This document shows, in pieces, positions 1 through 9,091 of a stretch of DNA of 64,000 nucleotides. The DNA lies in NCBI GenBank assembly GCA_965249135.1, contig OZ252220.1, positions 448,001 through 512,000 of the forward strand, given 5' to 3'. Under the pieces are notes generated by a model. That model worked only from the letters and a program-made list of their open reading frames with translations, was not told where the DNA came from and searched no databases. The DNA is from Alphaproteobacteria bacterium. GTDB lineage: Bacteria > Pseudomonadota > Alphaproteobacteria > GCA-2746255. How positions within the stretch are numbered: position 1 is the first letter of the stretch; each line of letters opens with the position of its first letter. The translations under genes were made by a program, and so were the position numbers.

Positions 1-189
1 CGTCCGGCTGTGCCCGTAGGCGGCTTCGTCGAGCGCGTAGGCCGCCTCGCGCTCGGCGCTCTCAGAGCCGAGCAGGAAGGGACCCGCCGGCACCTGGGTA
101 AGTTCCGGTGCAGGCACCTGCGGTTCGCACCCAACCAGCACGAGCGTGAGGAAAAGTGAAAAGAAAGCGAGCGGTCGTCGGCACCTCAT
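1..189 (-). CDS. Partial (runs off window) lipoprotein, probable formylglycine-generating enzyme (SUMF1/EgtB/PvdO) family
   Basis: Not in the ORF track. ATG at 189 overlaps the nuclease stop (ATGA). Translates MRCRRPLAFFSLFLTLVLVGC (lipobox) EPQVPAPELTQVPAGPFLLGS, which matches the VPAGxFxxGS start of FGE-sulfatase domains. Confidence 0.6.
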   Translation of the reverse strand, partial: MRCRRPLAFFSLFLTLVLVGCEPQVPAPELTQVPAGPFLLGSESAEREAAYALDEAAYGHSRT

Positions 190-683
190 TCCGGTTGGGG
201 CTCCCATTCCCAGGGCGGCACGAAACGGCCTTTCCAAAGGCCATGCCGTTGCTTCTTTGCGTTGGTTTCGATGGCGGCGTAATCGGAAGGGATGCTTGGG
301 TCGGCCAGCGCCCAGCCGGTGTGCACCATGTTCGCGCCGATATCGAAGCCGCCTGCGTAACAAACGGCGACGGTTTCCTCAAAGTGCGTGTCCGCCTTTT
401 CCCGGCAGACGACCTTAGCGCCGGCAATCAGGTCCATCATGGCGGTCCTGGCGATTTGGCCGCAGGCGACGGTCTTGTTCGACCATTCGCATGTCTGTTT
501 CAGGTGAGGGGCAGCGATGCCGTAAAGGCGGATCGGTTTGCCGTCGAGTTCCAGATGGCTGCCATCAAACACGCGCGCATCCCCTTCGAGTTCCGCTGCG
601 ACGAGCGCAGAGGCAAACAACAGAAAAAGCAGGCTCAAGCAGAAGAACTTCAAGATGTGCCACTCCAAGCGATCGGATCGCAT
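186..683 (-). CDS. Thermonuclease (SNase-like) family secreted protein, catalytic motifs degenerate
   Basis: Signal peptide, RVFDGSHL..IRLYGIAAP, MVHTGWALA, AKKQRHGLWKGRFVPPWEW. Likely start is the ATG at 683. Confidence 0.8.
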   Translation of the reverse strand: MRSDRLEWHILKFFCLSLLFLLFASALVAAELEGDARVFDGSHLELDGKPIRLYGIAAPHLKQTCEWSNKTVACGQIARTAMMDLIAGAKVVCREKADTHFEETVAVCYAGGFDIGANMVHTGWALADPSIPSDYAAIETNAKKQRHGLWKGRFVPPWEWEPQPE

Positions 684-696
684 GCCCCAACTTAGC

Positions 697-720
697 AAAA
701 AAAGCCCCGCCGAAGCGGGG
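697..720 (-). terminator. Rho-independent terminator
   Basis: Minus strand reads CCCCGC-TTCG-GCGGGG-C-T7, downstream of the 771-1112 gene. Confidence 0.8.
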
Positions 721-770
721 AAGTTTATTCCCACAATTTTCTAGGGGGCGATGAAAATCGGGTTGGCCTT

Positions 771-1112
771 CTAGTTCATTTCCGTCTTTTGGCCGTATTT
801 TTCCTGAACCTGGTGACGCACCGTGTCGAACGAGGCATAGGGGCTCTTCAAACTAGCTTCAGGCCTTGAAGGCATGGACGATTCCTTCTTCGTCATTGGG
901 TCCTCTTTTGCCTTGCGTCCATAATTCCGCTGGACCTGATGGCGCGCCATGTCGATCGAGGTGAAGGGAGACTTCAAAGATTCCATGCTTTCGGTTGGGG
1001 CCGGCATCCCCAGGGCAGGACTGGCGGGAAGCGTTAAGCCGATGCCGGCCATGCCGATGGCCAGCGCGCCCGCCAGCAGCATCGGTTTCAAGGGTCGTTT
1101 CGTGGTCATCAT
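771..1112 (-). CDS. Small secreted hypothetical protein with an internal 23-aa repeat
   Basis: GGAG RBS 6 nt before ATG 1112; signal peptide; repeats SLKSPFTSIDMARHQVQRNYGRK and SLKSPYASFDTVRHQVQEKYGQK. Confidence 0.7.
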   Translation of the reverse strand: MMTTKRPLKPMLLAGALAIGMAGIGLTLPASPALGMPAPTESMESLKSPFTSIDMARHQVQRNYGRKAKEDPMTKKESSMPSRPEASLKSPYASFDTVRHQVQEKYGQKTEMN

Positions 1113-1298
1113 TTTCAACTCCACTCTTTTCGGCTGCCGCCCGGGCTTAAAGCGTGCGCCCGGCGGCAAGTCTGAGGATTTCCGCGCTTGTCTCTTAGAT
1201 GTCGCGGGTGCGGGAATCGGCCAAACACAACGGTTCACAAGGCTGTGTGAACGGCGTGATCGATTGCAGGGTGCGAAGAAGCGGGAAGGGGGCTTGGA

Positions 1299-2324
1299 CT
1301 ACCTGCCGTCGATCATTTCTTCGACTTCCTGGATTTTCTCGATCCCCTGGAGCATTTCCGTGGTGATGAAGGCGACCCGCTCCATCGGGCCGCCGGCGTG
1401 ACGGTCGGGAAAGAGTTAGTTCCAGGCGTTCATCTTCACGGCAAGCGTGCAAAGCGAACCGCCGATCACCGTGTGGTAGCCCTTGATCAGTTTTTCGACC
1501 TGCCGGAAGCGTTCCGCCGTGATGTTTTCCATACCCTTCGTCTCGGCATCGAACTCATCGAAACGCTCGGTGACGGCGTCCATGAGCTTGCGAACCGTAA
1601 GCTCGATCTTGTCGGCGGCGTTTTGCAGGGTCGTATTGTTCTGGAATTGGCGTTTGCGGCGAATCTCGTTCATCGATTTCAGAAATTCCGTCACCGTCGG
1701 CTGGATTTGCTCCGTGCATTGACGGAAGTAGTAGACGGAAAGGAAGGTATCTCCATAATCCTCCAGGAAATCCGGGACCTCCGTGAGATCGATGTCGAGC
1801 TTCTTGGCCAGCGTTTTCAGTTTTTCCTTCGCATGCTCGACGGAAGGTTTGCGGAAAAGAATGATGACGTCTTCGTAATCCTGAAACGTCATGTCGCCTT
1901 CGCCATAGGTTTGAACGATAAGTGGGCGCGTGAAGTCACGCATGTACTGGGTCAACTCTTCCTTCTTGCGGTCGGAAAGTTTGAGTTCGGTGTAATCCGT
2001 CACCGGGATGTCGTAGCGGCGAAAGAGAATACGGAGCGTATAGACGTCGTAGCTCGGCAGATCGGTGAGGCGGCCAAGCAGCACCCGATCCGGGTGTGTG
2101 GAATCGGCCGGCCAGCCGAAAGCCTTGCCGACCGACTCGATCGGGACCTGGCCGCCACCGATACCCTTCCCCTTGTAGATTTCGACGACGGTTTTCAGGC
2201 GCACATTCTTGATCAGGCGTGCGCTCTGCATGGCCGGCGTCTTGAAGGGGACCAACGCAAGGGGAAGGAAGTAAAGCGAATCCCGATCAACGTCCGGTAT
2301 GGATTCTGTATTTTGCTTTGCCAT
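1299..2324 (-). pseudogene. Hypothetical helical protein with an in-frame TAA at 1416-1418
   Basis: The 302-aa ORF stops at AWN*, but the same frame continues LFPDRHAGGPMERVAFITTEMLQGIEKIQEVEEMIDGR* to 1299 with similar codon usage. Confidence 0.55.
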
Positions 2325-2342
2325 TAAACGCCCGGTTTGGCT

Positions 2343-2627
2343 TCAGCCGACGACCGTGACCCCTTTCCAGAATGCGACGTGGCCCTTGATGTTCTCCGCC
2401 GCCTCCTTGGGCTCGGGATAGTACCATGCCGCGTCGTGGTTCGTTTCTCCATCCACGACGACGTCGTAGTAATGGGCGGTTCCCTTCCAGGGACAGGTGC
2501 TCGTCGTTGCACTTTCGCGGAAGCAATCCGCCTTCAACGCCTGGGGCGGGAAGTAGACATTTCCTTCGACCGTTTCAAATTTCTCGGTTTCGGCGACGAC
2601 GGTGTCCTTCCAGACGGCTTTCGGCAT
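2343..2627 (-). CDS. DUF427 domain protein
   Basis: VEGNVYFP, STCPWKGTAHYY, AAWYYPEPKEAAENIKGHVAFW. Confidence 0.9.
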   Translation of the reverse strand: MPKAVWKDTVVAETEKFETVEGNVYFPPQALKADCFRESATTSTCPWKGTAHYYDVVVDGETNHDAAWYYPEPKEAAENIKGHVAFWKGVTVVG

Positions 2628-3158
2628 TTATTCCCCCGCGTCTTCCGTTTTCGGCTTCCATTCCGCAATCAATTGTTTTGCGCGTTCCAGTTCCTCAGGC
2701 TTTAGTTGCTGGCCGATGATGTCCCGGGCCGATTCGGCCTGGCCGCGGCCTTCGCTTTCCGGAAAAGACGCGGTTGCAATGCTCATCCACTTATACGCCT
2801 GGACGAGATCCCGCTCGACGCCCTCGCCAAGCTGGTACATGCGGCCCAGATTCAACTGCGCCGCCGCGTGACCCTGTTCGGCTGCCCGATGGAACCATTT
2901 TGCCGCTTTCACATGGTCCTGCGGCGCGTCTTCCCCGGTTAAGTAGACGAGGCCCAGGAACCACTGGGAGCGAATATCGCCCTTTTCCGCAGATGGGATG
3001 AGGGAATCCTCGACGTTTTCACCGGCAAATTGAGCTGGATCGGGTTCGAAAAGCCGCTTCGGCACGAAACCCATTTCGAAAAGACCCCAAACGAGGATGG
3101 CAGCAAGGACGACGATAAGGCCGATCAAGCCGGCCTTCTGCATCGTGGCATTGTCCAT
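2628..3158 (-). CDS. Sel1-repeat membrane-anchored protein
   Basis: N-terminal TM helix; AEKGDIRSQWFLGLVY, AAEQGHAAAQLNLGRMY, QAYKWMSIA. Confidence 0.85.
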   Translation of the reverse strand: MDNATMQKAGLIGLIVVLAAILVWGLFEMGFVPKRLFEPDPAQFAGENVEDSLIPSAEKGDIRSQWFLGLVYLTGEDAPQDHVKAAKWFHRAAEQGHAAAQLNLGRMYQLGEGVERDLVQAYKWMSIATASFPESEGRGQAESARDIIGQQLKPEELERAKQLIAEWKPKTEDAGE

Positions 3159-3275
3159 TCATTCACCCTTCTCTTTATAGATGGATGCCTGCAAGTCCCC
3201 TTTGGTCGATGTATGCTATCACAGCTTCAAGGGGCCCTGGACAACACAAAAGCTTAAGCAAAAAGGGGGGAAGGC

Positions 3276-4013
3276 TTGAGGGTCCGCGATTCCATAGCCC
3301 TCGTTACGGGTGCCAATCAAGGGATCGGCCAGGCCTTTGTCGGATCGCTTTTGTCGGCGGGTGCGGCGAAGGTTTACGGCGCCGACCTCAACACGGATTG
3401 GCTGGAGGAAAAGGCAGCCGAGGAAAGCCGTCTTATCCCACTCGCCCTTGACATTCGGGATCAGGGCCGTGTGGCGAGCGTGGCCGAACGCCGCCCGGAC
3501 GTCGATCTGCTCATCAACAACGCCGCCATCACGCAACACACGGGCCTCATTCGGGCTCATTCGCTGGATCGGGCGCGCGCCATCATGAATACGAACTATT
3601 TCGGCACGCTTCATATGTGCCGCGCCTTCGCACCGATCCTGAAGGCGAATGGCGGCGGGATGATCGTGAACATTCTTTCGATCGCGGCCCTCGTCCACAT
3701 TCCAAGGGTAGGGGCCTACAGCGCATCGAAGGCGGCCGAGCTTTCGATGACCCAGGGCATTCGCGCCGAACTGGCCGGCCAGGGGACGAAGGTGCTCGCC
3801 GTCTTTGCAGGGCCCGTCGACACCGCCATCTCCGCCCATCGCCCACCACCGAAGGCACCGCCTTTAGAGATCGCGGAAACCACCTTGGGCGCGATCGAAG
3901 AGGAGATGGAAGCGCTCTATCCGGATGCGGTCGCAAAGGGGGTAGGTGCTGCGCTTGCCGAAGATCCGAAAGCAGTTGAGCGGCGCTTCGCCGCCCAGTT
4001 GCCCGAGGAGTAA
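3276..4013 (+). CDS. Short-chain dehydrogenase/reductase
   Basis: TGANQGIG, NNAA and YSASK motifs; TTG start after a G-rich RBS. Confidence 0.9.
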   Translation: MRVRDSIALVTGANQGIGQAFVGSLLSAGAAKVYGADLNTDWLEEKAAEESRLIPLALDIRDQGRVASVAERRPDVDLLINNAAITQHTGLIRAHSLDRARAIMNTNYFGTLHMCRAFAPILKANGGGMIVNILSIAALVHIPRVGAYSASKAAELSMTQGIRAELAGQGTKVLAVFAGPVDTAISAHRPPPKAPPLEIAETTLGAIEEEMEALYPDAVAKGVGAALAEDPKAVERRFAAQLPEE

Positions 4014-4019
4014 GCCCAT

Positions 4020-5000
4020 ATGCGCGCCGCCTGGTATGAAGCGAACGGTCCGGCCCGAGACGTGCTCGAAGTGGGCGAGATGCCGACGCCGTCGGCCGGG
4101 CCCGGCGAGGTGCGGGTGCGCGTCCGCGCATCCGGGATCAATCCCTACGACGTGAAGGTCCGCGATGGTCATTACCAGAAGATGGCTTCCCCGCGGATCG
4201 TTCCCCATTGCGATGGGGCGGGCGTGATCGATGAAGTCGGTGAAGGTGTTTCGTCCGCGCGGCTCAATGAGCGGGTCTGGGTCTTCAATGCCCAATGGCA
4301 ACGCAGCAATGGCACGGCCGCCGAGTGGATCGTGTTGCCGCAGGCGTTGGCCGCCCCCTTGCCTGAGAATACGAGCTTTGCGGAAGGGGCGTGCCTCGGC
4401 ATCCCGGCGATGACCGCGCACAGGGCCGTCTACTCGGATGGTTTGGTGACGGGATTGACGGTGCTCGTGACGGGCGGCGCCGGCGGGGTCGGCCATTACG
4501 CGATCCAGCTTGCGAAGTGGGGCGGGGCGAAGGTGATCGCGACGGTAAGCGGGGAGGAAAAGGCAAAGATTGCCGCCGCCGCCGGTGCGGATCACGTGCT
4601 CAACTACCGGACGGAGGACGTCGCCGGACGCGTCACCGCGCTCACCGACGGCCAAGGCGTGGATCGGATTGTCGAGGTGGATTTTAGCGCTAACCTCAAA
4701 ACCTCGGGCCGCGTTCTCAAGGGCAACGGCGTGATCGCCACCTATGCCTCGATGACGGACCCGGAACCGAAGCTGCCTTTCTATTCTTTGATGTTCGGGA
4801 ATGTGAACCTTCGGCTCATTGCCGTCTTTCTGATTCCCTACGCCGCCCGCCGCCAGGCCGTCGGCGACATCACCCGATGCTGCAGGGAAGGGATCCTCAA
4901 GCACCGCACGAGGTGCCTGCCGCTCGATCGGATCGTCGAGGCCCACGAAGCGGTGGAATCCGGCGGCGAGCTCGACCGGGTGATCGTTGAGACGGCTTGA
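4020..5000 (+). CDS. NADPH:quinone reductase (MDR family)
   Basis: RASGINPYDVK, PHCDGAG, GGAGGVG. Confidence 0.9.
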   Translation: MRAAWYEANGPARDVLEVGEMPTPSAGPGEVRVRVRASGINPYDVKVRDGHYQKMASPRIVPHCDGAGVIDEVGEGVSSARLNERVWVFNAQWQRSNGTAAEWIVLPQALAAPLPENTSFAEGACLGIPAMTAHRAVYSDGLVTGLTVLVTGGAGGVGHYAIQLAKWGGAKVIATVSGEEKAKIAAAAGADHVLNYRTEDVAGRVTALTDGQGVDRIVEVDFSANLKTSGRVLKGNGVIATYASMTDPEPKLPFYSLMFGNVNLRLIAVFLIPYAARRQAVGDITRCCREGILKHRTRCLPLDRIVEAHEAVESGGELDRVIVETA

Positions 5001-6569
5001 ATGGATTCGTTACGCATCTGGGCGTGGGTCTTTTTGTTCTTGTTCGTCCTCGTCATGGTCGGCTTCGGCTATTTGGGTCTGCGTCGCGTCCACAACAGCG
5101 ACCATTTCTCGACCGCGCGCGGAAGCTACGGCATCTGGTTTCTGGCCTTTGCGCTGACTGCAACCACTGCCTCGGGCGCCACCTTTCTCGGCATTCCGGG
5201 TCTTGGTTATCGATTCGGCCTTCCGGCGCTGGGCTACGCCCTAGTCTACCCTTTCGCAATTTACCTTGGAGTGTGGCTCTGTTTCAAGCAGGTGCGTCAC
5301 GCAGGCAATTATTTTGGCAATCGCTCAATCCCTGAATTTCTTGGCGATCGCTATCAGTCCGAAGCCTTGCGATTGATGGTGGCGTTGTTCTCCGTCGTGT
5401 TGCTGGTCTATTTGGCCGCCCAGTTGCTGGCGGGGCTTGTCATGTTCGAACAGACGCTCGGCCTGAGTGCCTTTTGGGGCCTTGCTGTCACGACCTTGGT
5501 GCTGCTGGCGTATGTGGTGATGGGAGGCGCCCATGCGGACATCATGACCGATGGCGTGCAAGGCGCAATGATGCTCGCTCTCGCCCTTTTGATCCTTGCG
5601 TTGTTTTTCTTAGGCGTTGGTGTTGATGGCCGACTACCAAGCGCCATCGACCGTCTGTCGGAGCTCGATCCCAAACTGGTCGCGGTTCACCACGAAGACT
5701 CTGCCGTGCTTGGTTCCCATTGGGCTTTCTGCGCCATCTTCTTCGCTCATTTTCCGCTCGGCATGCTGCCCCATATCGGGAACAAGATTTGGGCGCTCCA
5801 GGAAGGCATCGGTCGAACGCGGTTTCTACTCTTGTGCTTTGCGCTTGGCCTCACTCTCGCCTCCATGGCCTTCGGTGGCATCCTGGCACGCGCCGTCCTG
5901 GGCGATGACTTGCTGGCCGAGCCGGGCGGCCCGAATCAAGCCATCCCCGCACTCCTCATCGAGCTATTTCCCGCATGGCTGGCGGCGCTGCTCGGCATCG
6001 CCATCTTGTCGGCGATCCTGTCCACGGCAGATGGTCTGGCGATTTCCATATCCCAGGTTGCAGCGAACGACATCTACCGCCGTACGCTCGTCCGTGTGTT
6101 GCACCCCAAGGCCAGGGAGGCCGAGATCGACCGCAACGTGTTACTGATCAGCCGTTGGTCGGTCGTGGTCGTTCTCATCGGCGCGGCGGTGCTCGCCTGG
6201 CATTCCATCGGCCAGAATATCGCGCTGATGCTGTGGATTGGTCTGGGCGGGATGATGGCCGCCCTAGCCGGGCCATTGATGGTCGGCATCTTCTGGCGGG
6301 GAGTGACCAAGTTTGGTGCAATCTGGGGGTTCATCGCGGGCGGCATCGCCTTCGTCGTCCTGCAAAATGCCTGGTTGCCTGCAGGGGGCGTTGATGGGAA
6401 TGCCATCGCTCAGGCGTTGTCCTGGCTTGCAAGTCAGGCGGATAACCCCTTCGCTTGCACGGCGCTCGGCGAGGCGGCGTCCATTCTCGTCACCTTGGCC
6501 GTTTCATCGGTAACCGCGCCTCTGCCTAAAAAGCACGTGGATATAATTTTCGCGACCCCTTCCGCTTGA
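5001..6569 (+). CDS. Sodium:solute symporter family protein
   Basis: Many TM helices; ASGATFLGIPG, SIPEFLGDRY, TDGVQG, AILSTADG. Confidence 0.9.
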   Translation: MDSLRIWAWVFLFLFVLVMVGFGYLGLRRVHNSDHFSTARGSYGIWFLAFALTATTASGATFLGIPGLGYRFGLPALGYALVYPFAIYLGVWLCFKQVRHAGNYFGNRSIPEFLGDRYQSEALRLMVALFSVVLLVYLAAQLLAGLVMFEQTLGLSAFWGLAVTTLVLLAYVVMGGAHADIMTDGVQGAMMLALALLILALFFLGVGVDGRLPSAIDRLSELDPKLVAVHHEDSAVLGSHWAFCAIFFAHFPLGMLPHIGNKIWALQEGIGRTRFLLLCFALGLTLASMAFGGILARAVLGDDLLAEPGGPNQAIPALLIELFPAWLAALLGIAILSAILSTADGLAISISQVAANDIYRRTLVRVLHPKAREAEIDRNVLLISRWSVVVVLIGAAVLAWHSIGQNIALMLWIGLGGMMAALAGPLMVGIFWRGVTKFGAIWGFIAGGIAFVVLQNAWLPAGGVDGNAIAQALSWLASQADNPFACTALGEAASILVTLAVSSVTAPLPKKHVDIIFATPSA

Positions 6570-6688
6570 CAAACGATCGAGCCAATCGACCGGGTTATCC
6601 TTGAAGCGGGCTGAATACGCCTGCATCGGACAGGCTTGAACGGCGGCCCGTTAACCGTTTCGTTATCTCGCCGTGGGATTCTTTGTCC

Positions 6689-6940
6689 ATGCCCAGACAA
6701 CTGCTGCATCTCGTTTTCGGGGGTCGCGTGACGGACACGCGGGGGCATCATTTCAAGGATATCGACAAGCTGCACACCGTCGGGATCTACTCCAACTACC
6801 GTGAGGCGTATGATGCCTGGCGGGGGGTCAGCCAGGCGACGGTCGACGATGCCTATATGAAATATGTGGTCGTCCACCTGCACCGGATGTTAGAACCGCA
6901 GAAAGAAGGCAAAAAGAAACGGAAAAAGAAAAAAGAATAA
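6689..6940 (+). CDS. DUF4170 domain protein
   Basis: QLLHLVFGG..VGIYSNY..AYDAWR..Q.TVDDA.MKYVVVHLHR. Confidence 0.85.
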   Translation: MPRQLLHLVFGGRVTDTRGHHFKDIDKLHTVGIYSNYREAYDAWRGVSQATVDDAYMKYVVVHLHRMLEPQKEGKKKRKKKKE

Positions 6941-6949
6941 ACGGCCTTC

Positions 6950-7660
6950 TCAGAGGCCGAGTGCCGTCAACGCCACTGGATACACCTTGCGCGCCCATAT
7001 TTCGTACATGTAATCTGACGGATTCTTCCGGTCATCGCTGAGAAAGGAAAGATCGTCGGCAGCCATACGGGAAAGACTCGTGATGTTGATGTAACGCACG
7101 CCCGAGTTGCTGCTTTCTTCCTCGTTGATCGCGTTGAAGCGGTCGATTTTCTTCCTGATTTTTTTTCTGTTCGGTACGTCTTTCGCCCGGATGACGGTCC
7201 AATCGGGTATCGACAACACGATGACGTGAGATGAATCGCCTTCGACAATAGCCTTCGCCTTGGTCAACAGACTAGCGAATTTAACCCGGTAGGTTTCCGT
7301 GTCCACGCCGGCAACGATGTCATCTCCACCGGCCTGCAACAGAACGAGATCATATTTTCCCATATATTCCGAGTTATCGATCTTTGCGGCCAAGCGCTCG
7401 GTTTGCATGCCTATCTCGGCGATGATGTGCGGATTGTTCGCCAGGACATTTTCCTCGCGAAAGATGATGATCATCTGTTGCGGCCAGCGGTCCGGCGGGA
7501 CGACATGGATTGGTACGGTGTGGCTATCGCCAAGGATCAGAAACTGATACGTGGGCGGCGGCGGCGATGGCCGTGTCGCCTCGAAGGATTCGCGAGCCGC
7601 GAAATAGCCAATGACGAGGACGGCCACAAGAACGAGGGAGCGGATGATTTTCTTCAGCAT
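6950..7660 (-). CDS. SGNH/GDSL hydrolase-like membrane-anchored protein
   Basis: Block I ILGDSH, VIVLSIPDW and IDRFNAIN present; blocks III and V degenerate. Confidence 0.8.
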   Translation of the reverse strand: MLKKIIRSLVLVAVLVIGYFAARESFEATRPSPPPPTYQFLILGDSHTVPIHVVPPDRWPQQMIIIFREENVLANNPHIIAEIGMQTERLAAKIDNSEYMGKYDLVLLQAGGDDIVAGVDTETYRVKFASLLTKAKAIVEGDSSHVIVLSIPDWTVIRAKDVPNRKKIRKKIDRFNAINEEESSNSGVRYINITSLSRMAADDLSFLSDDRKNPSDYMYEIWARKVYPVALTALGL

Positions 7661-7710
7661 GGAAATTTGCGTCGCACCCTTAGGCGCACCTTGAGATGGG
7701 CGCGTTTCTG

Positions 7711-7785
7711 CCTGATTTCGGTCCGCCTGATTTCGGTCCGCCTGATTTCGGTCCGCCTGATTTCGGTCCGCCTGATTTCGGTCCG
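7711..7785. repeat. Intergenic tandem repeat, 5 x 15 bp (CCTGATTTCGGTCCG)
   Basis: Five perfect copies with no spacers, followed by about three imperfect GAGGAAATTC units at ~7798-7828. Confidence 0.95.
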
Positions 7786-7860
7786 ATAGAGAAGATCGAG
7801 GAAATTCGAGGAAATTCTAGGAAAATTTGCCCACAGACGCAAGGCGGGCCGAGGGTGAAA

Positions 7861-8148
7861 TTATTCTTCTGTGACTTCCGTGATGGAAGGCTCAGCGCGT
7901 GCCTCCGGTTTCGGGTAACACTCGACGTCGCTGAGCGTCCGGTAACAGTACTTTTCGCTATGGGTCTCCGTATAGCATTCCTCTCCACCCGCAACGACGC
8001 GGGTTGGATCGCAATTCGTGTATGCTACGACCGGCCGGCCCTGGTCATCGGCGGTCGCCTGTTTCGTGACTCTTGGCTTGAAGATATGCGAGCAGCCGAC
8101 AAGAAGGACGAAGGCAAGCGCGAGTGCCGTAAAGCGTATGGCCGGCAT
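7861..8148 (-). CDS. Small cysteine-containing lipoprotein (hypothetical)
   Basis: MPAIRFTALALAFVLLVGC lipobox; C-terminal YCYRTLSDVECY motif. Confidence 0.7.
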   Translation of the reverse strand: MPAIRFTALALAFVLLVGCSHIFKPRVTKQATADDQGRPVVAYTNCDPTRVVAGGEECYTETHSEKYCYRTLSDVECYPKPEARAEPSITEVTEE

Positions 8149-8334
8149 GGGCGAACACCTAAATTCCTGGAATTCTGCGAATTTTTGCCCAGGAATCATC
8201 AAGAAAGCGTTAACTTCTGGCGTGCCCGAACGGCCCGTTCCCGGCCGAAAGGACGGCAATCGGCGTGGCCGGTTGCCTAGCCCCCTGGAACCAAGGAAAC
8301 TGATCGAAACGAAGGCGAGGGGATAAAAATCAAG

Positions 8335-9087
8335 ATGGCCGAAGACCCGCCCAAGGGCGATCCCGATGCGGCGTCGCCCGCAACGCCGCAATCGGGCGAA
8401 AAAGCAAAACGGCTAGGCCTGATCGGCCGTCTCAGAAACTATTTTCTTGCCGGCTTGCTGGTCACCGCACCAATCGTCATCACGGTCTATATCGCCTGGG
8501 TCGTGGTGAATTTCGTGGACAGTCGCGTAACGCCGCTGATCCCGGCGAAGTACAACCCGGAAACCTATCTCCCCATCAACATTCCGGGCCTTGGCCTGCT
8601 CATCGTCTTTGTCGCGATCACCCTCATCGGCGCCCTTACGGCCGGTTTCATTGGACGTTTTATCCTGCGTTCGGGCGAGCGAATTCTCGCGCGGATGCCG
8701 GTGGTCCGAAGCCTTTATGGGGCGCTCAAGCAAATTTTCGAGGCGGTTCTCACCCACTCATCGACGGCGTTTCGCAAGGTCGTCCTGATCGAATATCCAA
8801 GACGCGGCATCTGGGTGATCGGCTTCATCACCGGTTCGACGAAAGGCGAAGTCCAGAACCTGACGGAGGACACGCTTATCAACGTGTTCCTGCCGACGAC
8901 GCCGAACCCGACGTCGGGCTTTCTTTTGTTCGTTCCGTCAAAGGATGTCTATGAGCTTTCGATGTCGGTGGAAGAGGGAATCAAGATGGTCGTCTCCGGC
9001 GGGATCGTCACGCCGCCGGATCACCGCCGGATCGAGGCACAAAAAACGCCGCACCTTGCCAGTGGCGAGGTGCTTTCCGACAGTTAA
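8335..9087 (+). CDS. DUF502 domain membrane protein
   Basis: RLRNYFLAGLLV, VLIEYPRRG, VFLPTTPNPTSGFLL. Confidence 0.9.
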   Translation: MAEDPPKGDPDAASPATPQSGEKAKRLGLIGRLRNYFLAGLLVTAPIVITVYIAWVVVNFVDSRVTPLIPAKYNPETYLPINIPGLGLLIVFVAITLIGALTAGFIGRFILRSGERILARMPVVRSLYGALKQIFEAVLTHSSTAFRKVVLIEYPRRGIWVIGFITGSTKGEVQNLTEDTLINVFLPTTPNPTSGFLLFVPSKDVYELSMSVEEGIKMVVSGGIVTPPDHRRIEAQKTPHLASGEVLSDS

Positions 9088-9091
9088 GTTC

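Noticed and set aside
7711-7785. CRISPR array, or repeat-coding ORFs (PDFGP, TEIRR, GPKSG)
   Set aside because: No spacers, unit too short and no cas genes. The ORFs are by-products of a stop-free 15-bp unit.
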